DNA of 22,968 nucleotides from Candidatus Eiseniibacteriota bacterium (lineage in GTDB: Bacteria; Eisenbacteria; RBG-16-71-46): the NCBI GenBank assembly GCA_041483195.1, contig JBGPFC010000049.1:1-22968 (forward strand), read 5' to 3'. Below are positions 5,628 through 13,527 of the stretch, piece by piece (positions within the stretch are counted from its first letter, which is position 1; each line of letters starts with the position of its first letter). Both the position numbers and the translations under genes were made by a program. The notes beneath the pieces were generated by a model. It did not search any database. It was not told the origin of the DNA and worked only from the letters and a program-made list of their open reading frames with translations.

Positions 5628-6830
5628 TCAGACCCCCCGGCTCCAGATCGCGAGTAGCCCGGCGAGTCCCGTCGCGGCCGCCCACAGCGCGGCGCGAGCG
5701 GGCCACGGCACGGGCTGCGCCGGCGCGGGACGCTGATCCGGCACGCCGAACGACTCGCGGGCCTGCCGCGCCGCGACGCCGAATGCGACCAGCCACGCGA
5801 GGCCGAGCGCGAGCAGCTCCGCGGTCCGGCTGGTCCGCGCGAGCGTCCGCGCCACCGCGAGCCACAACATGGCGCCCGGCGTGCCCGGCACCCCCGCGAG
5901 CGACGCCATCGCGTAGAGACCGAGCGCCCCGCTCAGCGGATGCCGGCGAAACAGCACCGCGGGCGGCGTGGAGCGGCCGGTCCCGACCGGGACGAAGCGC
6001 GCGACCGTCGACGCCCCCGCAAGGGCGAGCACCAGATGCGCGGCCCATCCGGCGGCGAAATCCGGAAACCCGATCAGGCGCAGGCCGCCGCCGCGCGAGG
6101 CGACCAGCGCCGCGAGCAACAGCGCTCCATTCAGGCTCGCGAGCGTCCCGACGCGGCGCTCGAGTCGGCGCTGCCGCAGCAGCGTGGCCGCGCCCACTAC
6201 GAACGCGGTCGCCGATGCGATCCCGAGCATCGAGCCCGTGAGGCGCGCGCCATCGGGAAACGCCGCGATCCCGGCGAGACGCTGGGTCATCCAGCCCGCG
6301 CCGCTCACCTGAAGCGCCGCCACCGCGAGCGGCGCGAGCCACGCCCGTCCGCCCTGGAACAGGTCGGCAGCCCAGAAATGGAATGGCGCACCGCCGAGCA
6401 GCACCAGCCCGACCAGCAACGACAGCGCGAGCGCCCCGCTCCACAGCAGCGGGGTGCCGAACCCGAGGCGCAGCACGCCCCATTGTTCGGCCACTGTCGA
6501 GGTCCCGGTCGCGATCACGAGCAGCTCGGCGCCCGCCCACGAGAGCGCGAGCGAGCCGCCCAGCACCCAGAGCAATTTCAGCGCGCACTCGGACTGAAAC
6601 GCGTCGTCCCCTGCGCGCGCCAGCATCGCCGCCACCATCGCGGCGGCGAGCGGCGCCCACGCGGGGCTCGCCTGAATGCCGAGCGCGACCATCGCGGCGA
6701 GCGGAGCGAGCACCGCGAGCGGGGCCATGCCGAACGACGCGCCGCGCGAACGGCGCTCGAGCAGCAGCAGGAGCGCGGCCACCAACAGGGAGGCGGCGGC
6801 GGCGAGCGGAACCCAGGCCGATGCGATCAT
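5628..6830 (-). CDS. NuoN/MrpD-like antiporter-type membrane subunit (divergent), 400 aa
   Basis: Motifs ECALKLLW, GGAPFHFWAADLFQG and ASLAGVPGTPG correspond to NuoN EAxxKY, PFHxWxPDVYQG and SLAGIP. ATG at 6830 overlaps the upstream stop (ATGA). Confidence 0.8.
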   Translation of the reverse strand: MIASAWVPLAAAASLLVAALLLLLERRSRGASFGMAPLAVLAPLAAMVALGIQASPAWAPLAAAMVAAMLARAGDDAFQSECALKLLWVLGGSLALSWAGAELLVIATGTSTVAEQWGVLRLGFGTPLLWSGALALSLLVGLVLLGGAPFHFWAADLFQGGRAWLAPLAVAALQVSGAGWMTQRLAGIAAFPDGARLTGSMLGIASATAFVVGAATLLRQRRLERRVGTLASLNGALLLAALVASRGGGLRLIGFPDFAAGWAAHLVLALAGASTVARFVPVGTGRSTPPAVLFRRHPLSGALGLYAMASLAGVPGTPGAMLWLAVARTLARTSRTAELLALGLAWLVAFGVAARQARESFGVPDQRPAPAQPVPWPARAALWAAATGLAGLLAIWSRGV

Positions 6831-8146
6831 TGGAGCAGCGGCAGCAGCAGCGCGAGGACCGCCACCCCGACCAAGAAGAGCAGGTACTCCTGCGCGTCGC
6901 CGGTGTGGAGATCGCGCAGTGGAGCGGTGAGCGCTCCCGCGAGCCGGTCGAGCAGCTCGACCATTCCGCGTTCGCGGCTCACCACGCCGCGAAAGGTCGA
7001 GCGCGCGGCGGCCCGCACCACGCCATCCTCGGGCCGCGGGCGCCGCAGGATCGCGACCGCGCCGCCGGCGAGCGCCGGCAGGACCGCGAGCCATGCCGAT
7101 GGCCAGCCCGCCTCGAATCCCGACCACCACGCGATCGCGAGCGCGACGGGCGCGAGCGCCAGTGTGAGCGCCGCCGCGAGATGAGAGAGCGTGAGCGCAT
7201 GATGGGGCCTCATGAGCAGTCGCCGCTCTGGCGCCTCGACCTGCCGGCGCACGGTGACCGCCGCGGTCAGCGCGACCGGCACGGCCGCGGCCGCCCACAC
7301 CAGCAGACGCACCGGCTCGAAGGGCCGGCCGGCGAGCGCGACCAGCGCCGGCCACGCGAGGCCCGCCGATGCGGTCAGGCTCGCGACGCGCCACATCCGC
7401 GAGAGCACCGGGCCGCGGCGCGGCGCGGCGCCGCGCAGCTCGCCGGCGAGCAGGAACGCGCGCCCGCCGCACGCGCCGAGCCAGAGCAGAAAGCTCACCT
7501 GGCGCGGCACCGCGTCGAGCGCGACCAGCACCCCCGCCAGCGCGCTGTCCGTGACCAGCAGCCAGCGCAGCCCGGCGGTCCAGTGGCGGCGCGAGAGCGC
7601 GCGCAGCGCGGCGAGCCAGGCTGTGAACAGCAGCAGCGCCACCGCCGCCTGACGCACCTCGATCACCGGCACCCAGAGGGCGGAATTCCGCCACAGCACC
7701 ACGAAGCCAGCGGCCGGCATCAGCGCAGGCAGCCACGGGCGCATCGCCAGGAGCGGACCCGGAACGTCGGAGAATGGCCGTGAGAGCGGGAGCGCCGCGA
7801 GCAGCTCGAGCCCCGCCCACACCACGGCGAGCGCGCGCAACCACGCGAGCACGATGGGCAGCTCTGGAGAGAACACGCTCGGCATGAAACCCGGGACCGG
7901 TGTGACCGCCTGGAGCGCGACCGCGAGCCAGAGCGCGGCCGCGGGTCGACGCAGCCACGACCACCGCTCGATCTGCTCGCCCGGATGCTCGGCGGCGCGC
8001 GACCACCACCAGAACGCGGCTGCGATCAGCTCCAGCCCGATCGCGCCGGCGATCAGCGATGGGAACCCGAGCGCGGCCAGACCGGCGAGGCAGAGGATCG
8101 CGCCGACCACGCGCGCATCGAGCCGGAACCGCCAGCGCGCCGTCAT
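6827..8146 (-). CDS. Polytopic membrane protein with NuoL/HyfB-like C-terminus (divergent), 439 aa
   Basis: Highly hydrophobic. Ends LRDLHTGDAQEYLLFL followed by a TM helix, resembling the LRxLQTGxxQxY end of NuoL-type subunits. GGAG RBS; operonic with the NuoN-like gene. Confidence 0.6.
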   Translation of the reverse strand: MTARWRFRLDARVVGAILCLAGLAALGFPSLIAGAIGLELIAAAFWWWSRAAEHPGEQIERWSWLRRPAAALWLAVALQAVTPVPGFMPSVFSPELPIVLAWLRALAVVWAGLELLAALPLSRPFSDVPGPLLAMRPWLPALMPAAGFVVLWRNSALWVPVIEVRQAAVALLLFTAWLAALRALSRRHWTAGLRWLLVTDSALAGVLVALDAVPRQVSFLLWLGACGGRAFLLAGELRGAAPRRGPVLSRMWRVASLTASAGLAWPALVALAGRPFEPVRLLVWAAAAVPVALTAAVTVRRQVEAPERRLLMRPHHALTLSHLAAALTLALAPVALAIAWWSGFEAGWPSAWLAVLPALAGGAVAILRRPRPEDGVVRAAARSTFRGVVSRERGMVELLDRLAGALTAPLRDLHTGDAQEYLLFLVGVAVLALLLPLLQ

Positions 8147-8153
8147 CGCTCCA

Positions 8154-8810
8154 TCAATCGTGGAGATCGTGCGCGTCGCCGACCCACGGGCTCCCCGCGA
8201 AACGCTCGCGCACGAATCCGAGCTTCGCCACCAGCGACACCGCGATCGCGCTCGCGAGCAGGGCCGCGCCGTTCGTGGCGGGCACGCCGGGAATCTCGGC
8301 GGCCCTCGCCGCGCCGTCCAGAATCTGGAGCCCGAGGCCGAGCACGGCGAACGCGAAAGCTGCGCGCCGCACGTGACGGCGGAGCATGAGGTGCACGAGC
8401 CCGAGACAGAGCACGAGCACCGCGTACGAAGAGCGACGGCCCGCCTCGGGCTCGAGGTCCTGGCGCGCGATGGCGGCGCCCAGCAGCAACAGCAGGCTCA
8501 GGCCGAGCAGCAGTCCGACGGTGCCGGATTCGAGACCGCCCGCATGCGCTCGCGGAGGCGGCGCCAGTTCGCGATCGGTGCGACCGACCACCCAGGCCAC
8601 CGCGAGCCACAGCGCGACCCATCCGGCGGTGATCGGCCACGGGGTGCCGAGTTCCTTCATGAACGGCATCGCGATCGCGAGCCCGATGGCCACGAAGCGG
8701 GCGACCCGCCCGCCCGGGGCGAACGTCGCCAGCACGAGCAGCGCGACCGGCCACAGCAGACGCGCGATGTCCCCGAGATCGAGTGCGATCCAGGTGTCGA
8801 TGAAGTGCAT
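8154..8810 (-). CDS. HyfE/NuoK(MrpC)-like membrane protein (divergent), 218 aa
   Basis: ATG at 8810 with GAGG upstream. C-terminal three helices include GLVHLMLRRH (compare GLxGxLxRRN), and the tail RERFAGSPWVGDAHDLHD resembles NuoK/HyfE termini. Confidence 0.55.
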   Translation of the reverse strand: MHFIDTWIALDLGDIARLLWPVALLVLATFAPGGRVARFVAIGLAIAMPFMKELGTPWPITAGWVALWLAVAWVVGRTDRELAPPPRAHAGGLESGTVGLLLGLSLLLLLGAAIARQDLEPEAGRRSSYAVLVLCLGLVHLMLRRHVRRAAFAFAVLGLGLQILDGAARAAEIPGVPATNGAALLASAIAVSLVAKLGFVRERFAGSPWVGDAHDLHD

Positions 8811-8878
8811 GCGCGAAGCCTCGGCCCGGGCGTGCGTGAAGGGCGGATCCGCGATCCGGAATCGCGGGGAGGGCGGCG

Positions 8879-9346
8879 CTACGGGATGTAAACGCTCTCC
8901 GCCGATTGAAGCGCGGCGAGGAAGGCCTCGGGACTCCTGGCCTCGCGAAGAGACTTCCGCACCGACTCCTCCTTGAGCAGACGCGACAGGTTCGCGAGCA
9001 CGCGCACGTGGAGGGTCGCCGCGTTCTCGGGCGACACGAAGAGCACGAGCAGGTACACCGGCTGCCCGTCTTCGGATTCGAAGTCGAGACCGTCGGGGAC
9101 GACCGCGCATGCGGCCGCCATGCGATCCACGGAACGGGCCTTGCCGTGGGGAATCGCCACGCCGTTGCCGATGCCGGTCGTCATCATCGCCTCGCGGCGC
9201 ATGACGCGGTCCAGGATCTCGCCCTGGCTCTTGAACCCATGCGCGTTCTCGAGCACCTGGACCAGTTCGACCAGCGCCTCGCGCTTGGTCCGTGCGCTGA
9301 GCTTCAGCGTGACCGCTTTGGTATTGAGGAGTTCGGAAAGCCTCAT
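8879..9346 (-). CDS. PTS EIIA component (PtsN/fructose-mannitol EIIA-2 family), 155 aa
   Basis: RREAMMTTGIGNGVAIPHGK contains the phosphorylated His; LHVRVLANLSRLL; GGAGG RBS before ATG 9346. Confidence 0.93.
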   Translation of the reverse strand: MRLSELLNTKAVTLKLSARTKREALVELVQVLENAHGFKSQGEILDRVMRREAMMTTGIGNGVAIPHGKARSVDRMAAACAVVPDGLDFESEDGQPVYLLVLFVSPENAATLHVRVLANLSRLLKEESVRKSLREARSPEAFLAALQSAESVYIP

Positions 9347-9393
9347 GGCGCCTCCGCTCCGGCGGAGCAACAGTGGTCGGGATAAGGAATTGG

Positions 9394-9423
9394 AACGTAA
9401 TGACCACGCCGTCGGAGTGTCAA
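9394..9423 (-). promoter_or_regulatory. sigma70 promoter for the EIIA/membrane-subunit operon
   Basis: Perfect -35 TTGACA (9423-9418), 18-nt spacer, -10 TACGTT (9399-9394), 47 nt upstream of the ATG. Confidence 0.65.
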
Positions 9424-9589
9424 GCCAATTCCCCCGGCCCCGGGAATTCCTTGCATGCGTCACCCGGCGGGGCGCGGCATCCGCTGCGGCCGCCGCGGCC
9501 GCTTCCGGTCACGATCCATGCGAGGAGACGTAGCCGTGGACACGCGCGATCGAAAGCTGGACAATCGCGCATCTCGGGAGGTCACTCGC

Positions 9590-10222
9590 ATGGTTCGCTC
9601 GCTCACGCTCACGGCCTTCGCCCTCGCGCTGATCGCGGGGCTTTCCCTCGCCGATCCCGCCATCAACGTGCGCTACGAGCGGGGCGTCCCGATCATCCAG
9701 CTGGCGGGCAACTACGCGAGCAGCCACTACACGATCTACCGTGGCACCGCGCCCGAGCGCACGGACCTGGCCATCACCGATGACCAGGCGCTGTGCATGG
9801 GCGACTGCTACGCGATCGACTTCGCAGCAGAGCCCGGCCGGACCTACTGGTACCGCTTCGATCTCAATCTCGCAGACGGCCGATACGTGAGCTTCGGTCC
9901 GTACGCGGTGACCATCGCGCCGGGGCTCGCGTATCGCGTCTCGGTCGCGATCCGCCCCAACCCCGGACGCGGACCGGCCCGCGTCGATCTCTCGGTCGCG
10001 GCCGGCCCGGGCGCCACCGCCGTCGCAGCGGAAGCCACGCTGTTCGACGTGCGCGGTCGCGTGGTGAGCACGCTGCATCGCGGACCGCTCGCCGCGGGCG
10101 TGACGACGATCCCGTGGGACGGCCGCGACCGCGAGGGCGGCGTGGTCGCCCCTGGCCTTTACTTCCTCCGGCTCAGCACCCCGATCGGGGCGTTCGTCGC
10201 GCGCGTGGTCCGCATTCCCTGA
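9590..10222 (+). CDS. Small secreted protein with C-terminal FlgD-Ig/T9SS-type domain, 210 aa
   Basis: GGAGG RBS (9577-9581), signal peptide MVRSLTLTAFALALIAGLSLA, C-terminus PNP...LFDVRGRVV...WDGRDREGGVVAPGLYFLRL. Confidence 0.85.
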   Translation: MVRSLTLTAFALALIAGLSLADPAINVRYERGVPIIQLAGNYASSHYTIYRGTAPERTDLAITDDQALCMGDCYAIDFAAEPGRTYWYRFDLNLADGRYVSFGPYAVTIAPGLAYRVSVAIRPNPGRGPARVDLSVAAGPGATAVAAEATLFDVRGRVVSTLHRGPLAAGVTTIPWDGRDREGGVVAPGLYFLRLSTPIGAFVARVVRIP

Positions 10223-10237
10223 GCGCCGGCCGCCTAA

Positions 10238-11906
10238 CCTCGATTATTCATGAAGAGCAGTGAACACGAAGACCTCCGTGTGGTAGGAAGGCGTTGTTCA
10301 GGCACCTTTCTTCCACGGACGGAGGTCTTCGCGTGCGCGACCTTACCACGACACCGTGTCTGCTGTTCCCGGGGCTTTTCGCCCGGCCCCTGACGGCGAC
10401 GTTCGACGTCCCGAACGCCAGCTCCGACGGTGGCGCCGTGCTGCTCAAGGCCGCCGATCGGCGGCTCGGCCTGATCCAGCGGCTGGCGGCCGCGCGGGTG
10501 GATGAGCGCCAGCGCGGCAAGGTCCGTCACGGTCTGGCGGAGCTGCTGGGCCAGCGCATCTACGGCCTGGCGCTCGGCTACGAGGACGCCAACGACGACG
10601 CCCGGCTGGCCGAAGATCCCATGCACAAGTTGCTGCTCGGTCGCGATCCGGTGACGGGGGACGCGCTGGCCTCGCAGCCGACGCTGTCGCGGTTCGAGAA
10701 CGACGTCACCCGCGGCGAGCTGCTGGCGATGAGCGAAACGCTGTTCGAGACCGTGCTGGCGCGGCACGCACGTCGCCGCCGCAAGGTGCGCCGCATCACC
10801 GTCGATCTCGACGTCACCGACGATCCCACCCACGGCGCGCAGCAACTCGCGTTCTTCAACCGCTTCTACGACCGCTGGTGCTATCTGCCGCTGCTGGCGT
10901 TCCTGACCTTCGACCGCGAGCACGAGCAGTACCTGTGCGCCGCGGCGCTGCGGCCCGGCAATGCACCGACCCAGCACGGCGCGCTCACGCTGCTCAAGCG
11001 CATCCTCGGCCGGCTGCAGGAGCGCTTCCCGAACGCCCGTATCCTGGTGCGCCTCGATGGCGGCTTCGCCGCGCCCGAGCTGTTCGAGTTCCTCGACTTC
11101 GTCGGCGTCGACTACGTGGTCGCGATCGCGAAGAACCCGGTGCTGGAGCGTGAGGCCGAGCTCGACCTGATCATTGCCCGCCTCTTGAGTGAGCACTCCG
11201 GCCAGACCGAGCACGTCTACACCGACTTCACCTACGCCGCCGGGACCTGGGATCGCGAGCGCCGGGTCGTGTGCAAGGCCGAAGTGGTCCGACTCGACGG
11301 TCGCGAGCCGCGTCCGAACGCCCGCTTCGTGGTCACCAACCTCACGGGCAAGGCGCAGCGGATCTACGAGCGCATCTACTGCCTGCGGGGCGAGGTCGAG
11401 AACCGCATCAAAGAGCTGTTCGACGTCGCGCTCGATCGCACCAGCTGCGCGAAGTTCCGCGCCAATCAGCTGCGCGTGCTGCTCGCCGCCGCGGCCTACG
11501 TGCTGCTGCAGGAGCTGCGCCTCGCTGCCCGCGGCACCGCCTGGGCGCGCGCTCAGGTCTCGACCCTGCGACTCGAGCTGCTCAAGATCGGCGTGCAAGT
11601 CATCGCTTCGACGCGGCGGCTGGTGCTGCGCTTGCCCACCGCGTTCCCGTACCGCGACGGCTGGCGCGCGCTCGCGCTGCGCAGCGGCGCCACGTTCGGC
11701 TGAGTTCGCCGCCCTCGCCCGCCACGCGTCGCCCCTCGGAGCGCAGCGCTGCCCAAAACGCACCCTTGAAGTCATCTCAGCCCCCGCCGTGGCCCGGCGC
11801 GAACCCGCTGTCCCTGCCGGACCCCTCGCCGTATCCTCCCGCGGTGACAAGGTCCCGCGTTTCTGCGATCACGCCGTCCGGACCGAGCGTTCATGAATAG
11901 GTCGGG
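10238..11906 (+). mobile_element. Complete IS1380-family insertion sequence, 1669 bp
   Basis: Imperfect terminal IRs CCTCGATTATTCATGAA (10238-10254) and TTCATGAATAGGTCGGG (11890-11906), flanked by a 4-bp target duplication CTAA (10234-10237, 11907-11910); single transposase. Confidence 0.93.
10333..11703 (+). CDS. IS1380-family DDE transposase, 456 aa
   Basis: SSDGGAVLL, LASQPTLSRFEN, VDLDVTDDPTHGAQQ, VRLDGGF, YCLRGEVENRIKE, ANQLRVLL; GTG start after GGAGG (10321-10325). Confidence 0.95.
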   Translation: MRDLTTTPCLLFPGLFARPLTATFDVPNASSDGGAVLLKAADRRLGLIQRLAAARVDERQRGKVRHGLAELLGQRIYGLALGYEDANDDARLAEDPMHKLLLGRDPVTGDALASQPTLSRFENDVTRGELLAMSETLFETVLARHARRRRKVRRITVDLDVTDDPTHGAQQLAFFNRFYDRWCYLPLLAFLTFDREHEQYLCAAALRPGNAPTQHGALTLLKRILGRLQERFPNARILVRLDGGFAAPELFEFLDFVGVDYVVAIAKNPVLEREAELDLIIARLLSEHSGQTEHVYTDFTYAAGTWDRERRVVCKAEVVRLDGREPRPNARFVVTNLTGKAQRIYERIYCLRGEVENRIKELFDVALDRTSCAKFRANQLRVLLAAAAYVLLQELRLAARGTAWARAQVSTLRLELLKIGVQVIASTRRLVLRLPTAFPYRDGWRALALRSGATFG

Positions 11907-12024
11907 CTAAGGGCCGTGCATTTCGCACGCTCGCTCCGGCAAGCGATGCGCGCATGCGATTCGCCTCGCGCGCGGCGTACGAAGCGCGTCGCGCCCGCGA
12001 TTCATGGGGCCGGGCGCGATCCCG

Positions 12025-12035
12025 TGTGCTAAACT
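12025..12035 (+). promoter_or_regulatory. Putative extended -10 promoter (TGTGCTAAACT) of the diguanylate cyclase
   Basis: TGn-TAAACT; a near-identical motif precedes clpB. Confidence 0.5.
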
Positions 12036-12146
12036 CGCATGCGTCCAAACCCAGGGTTCATCCCTGATTCTCGTGCACTGACATCCCCCACCATGGGTCC
12101 TTCGGACACTCCAATGGGCCGCCCGGCAGGGAGGCAGGGAAGCCCC

Positions 12147-13484
12147 ATGAAGCAGAAGACGATCGGGTTTCGCGAGCTGCTCGAGAAGGTGCTCCCGCTC
12201 GACGAGCTGGCGACCCGCGATCGGCTCAGCGTCGAGCGTGCGCTGCGGAGCGGCCTCTCCGGCCAGCTCGAACAGGCCGCGTTCCACGCCCTGCGGCGCC
12301 TCGAAGACGCCGGCGCGCTGCAACGCGTCGCCACGCCCGGCAACGGGGGCGCCGCCGCCGTCCGATATCAGGCCCGCGATCGCATCGACATCATCACCGT
12401 GCATCTTCCCGGGCCGACGGCCCGCGATGGTCTGGTGGCGTTTCCTCGCGCGAGCCTGCCGGCGCAGGCCCAGGCCAGCCTCGAGCAGGTGCGGCGCCTG
12501 CTTCAGCTCGACGACGCCGCGATCCCGGCGAGCCCGCGCAGCACGAGCGCGCTCATCGGACTGATCGCGCAACTCGACCAGGTCGGCGGCGAGTTCCTCG
12601 ATGCGAGCGACGTGCGGCTCGTCACCGCGGCCGGCCAGGAGGAAGGCGGGGCCGACCTGCCTTTCGACGAGGCACTGGGGCGCGAGGCGGCCGCCGATCC
12701 GAGCGTCATCCATTATTGCCCGGACACCGCGCGGTGCCCGCGGCTCATGGAGATGGGGCGGCGACACGGCGTGCGCTCCGTCGTGTTCGCCGGCGTGCCG
12801 GCCGGCGCCGGAGCCGCGCCGGCGCATCTCGAGATCTTGAGCCGCGAGGCCGATCCCTATCGGCCGGAGAATCTGGCGATGGTCGCGCTGCTCGCGGATT
12901 ATTGCGGCGGGGCGCTGGAGCGCGCCGCACGCCTTGAGAAGCTCGTGTTCATCGATCCGCTCACCTCTGCGTACAACCGCGCCTACTTCGATCTCGAGGT
13001 GCAGAGTGAGATGGCGCGCGCGCAGCGGGAACAGTCATCGATGGCGCTCTGCATCGCGGACATCGACGACTTCAAGAAGTTCAACACCGCTTACGGCTAC
13101 GAGGCCGGCAATCAGGTCCTGGTCCAGGTCGCGCAGGCGCTCAAGCGCGGGGTGCGGCCCTTCGACACCGCAGCGCGCTGGGGCGGCGAGGAGTTCGCGC
13201 TGCTGCTGACCGCGCCCATTCACGCCGCGGACGTGGTGACCATCTCCGAGCGACTTCGCGGGCTGGTCGAGCGCCATACGCTGGTGCTCGAAGGACTGGA
13301 TCGACGCTCGCACCGGGTGGGCGTCACGGTGAGCATCGGCGTCGCGCTGTTCCCGGAGCATGCCGAGGACCCGGCGGAGCTGTGGCGCGCCGCGAACCAG
13401 GCCTTGCTCAAGGCCAAGCGCCTGCCGAAGAACCAGGTCGTGTTCTACCAGCCACCCGCGACGCACCGGTTCCAGCGGGGCTGA
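12147..13484 (+). CDS. Sensor (GAF-like) diguanylate cyclase, GGDEF domain, 445 aa
   Basis: DPLTSAYNR, DIDDFKKFN, YGYEAGN, I-site RPFD, active site RWGGEEF, VTVSIGVA. Start chosen at ATG 12147 downstream of purine-rich GGAGG/AGGGAAG. Confidence 0.93.
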   Translation: MKQKTIGFRELLEKVLPLDELATRDRLSVERALRSGLSGQLEQAAFHALRRLEDAGALQRVATPGNGGAAAVRYQARDRIDIITVHLPGPTARDGLVAFPRASLPAQAQASLEQVRRLLQLDDAAIPASPRSTSALIGLIAQLDQVGGEFLDASDVRLVTAAGQEEGGADLPFDEALGREAAADPSVIHYCPDTARCPRLMEMGRRHGVRSVVFAGVPAGAGAAPAHLEILSREADPYRPENLAMVALLADYCGGALERAARLEKLVFIDPLTSAYNRAYFDLEVQSEMARAQREQSSMALCIADIDDFKKFNTAYGYEAGNQVLVQVAQALKRGVRPFDTAARWGGEEFALLLTAPIHAADVVTISERLRGLVERHTLVLEGLDRRSHRVGVTVSIGVALFPEHAEDPAELWRAANQALLKAKRLPKNQVVFYQPPATHRFQRG

Positions 13485-13527
13485 GCGGCGGCGCGATCCG
13501 GTTCGCTCGGTCGGCGCGCCGGCGCGG

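Noticed and set aside
5628..8009. 793-aa ORF as one fused protein
   Set aside because: The first ~390 aa are Arg/Ala/Gly-rich off-frame translation overlapping the real 6827-8146 gene. NuoN-like sequence begins at ATG 6830.
8811..9407. N-terminal extension of the 417-aa ORF 8154-9407
   Set aside because: It overlaps the EIIA gene in another frame; the hydrophobic protein starts at ATG 8810 with its own RBS.
9441..9455. sigma54 promoter for the 9590 gene
   Set aside because: TTGCA is present but the -24 position reads CG rather than GG, so the spacing is wrong.
12039..12146. Longer N-terminus for the diguanylate cyclase from ATG 12039
   Set aside because: That ATG lies only 3 nt after the putative -10 box and lacks an RBS; the extension is low-complexity.
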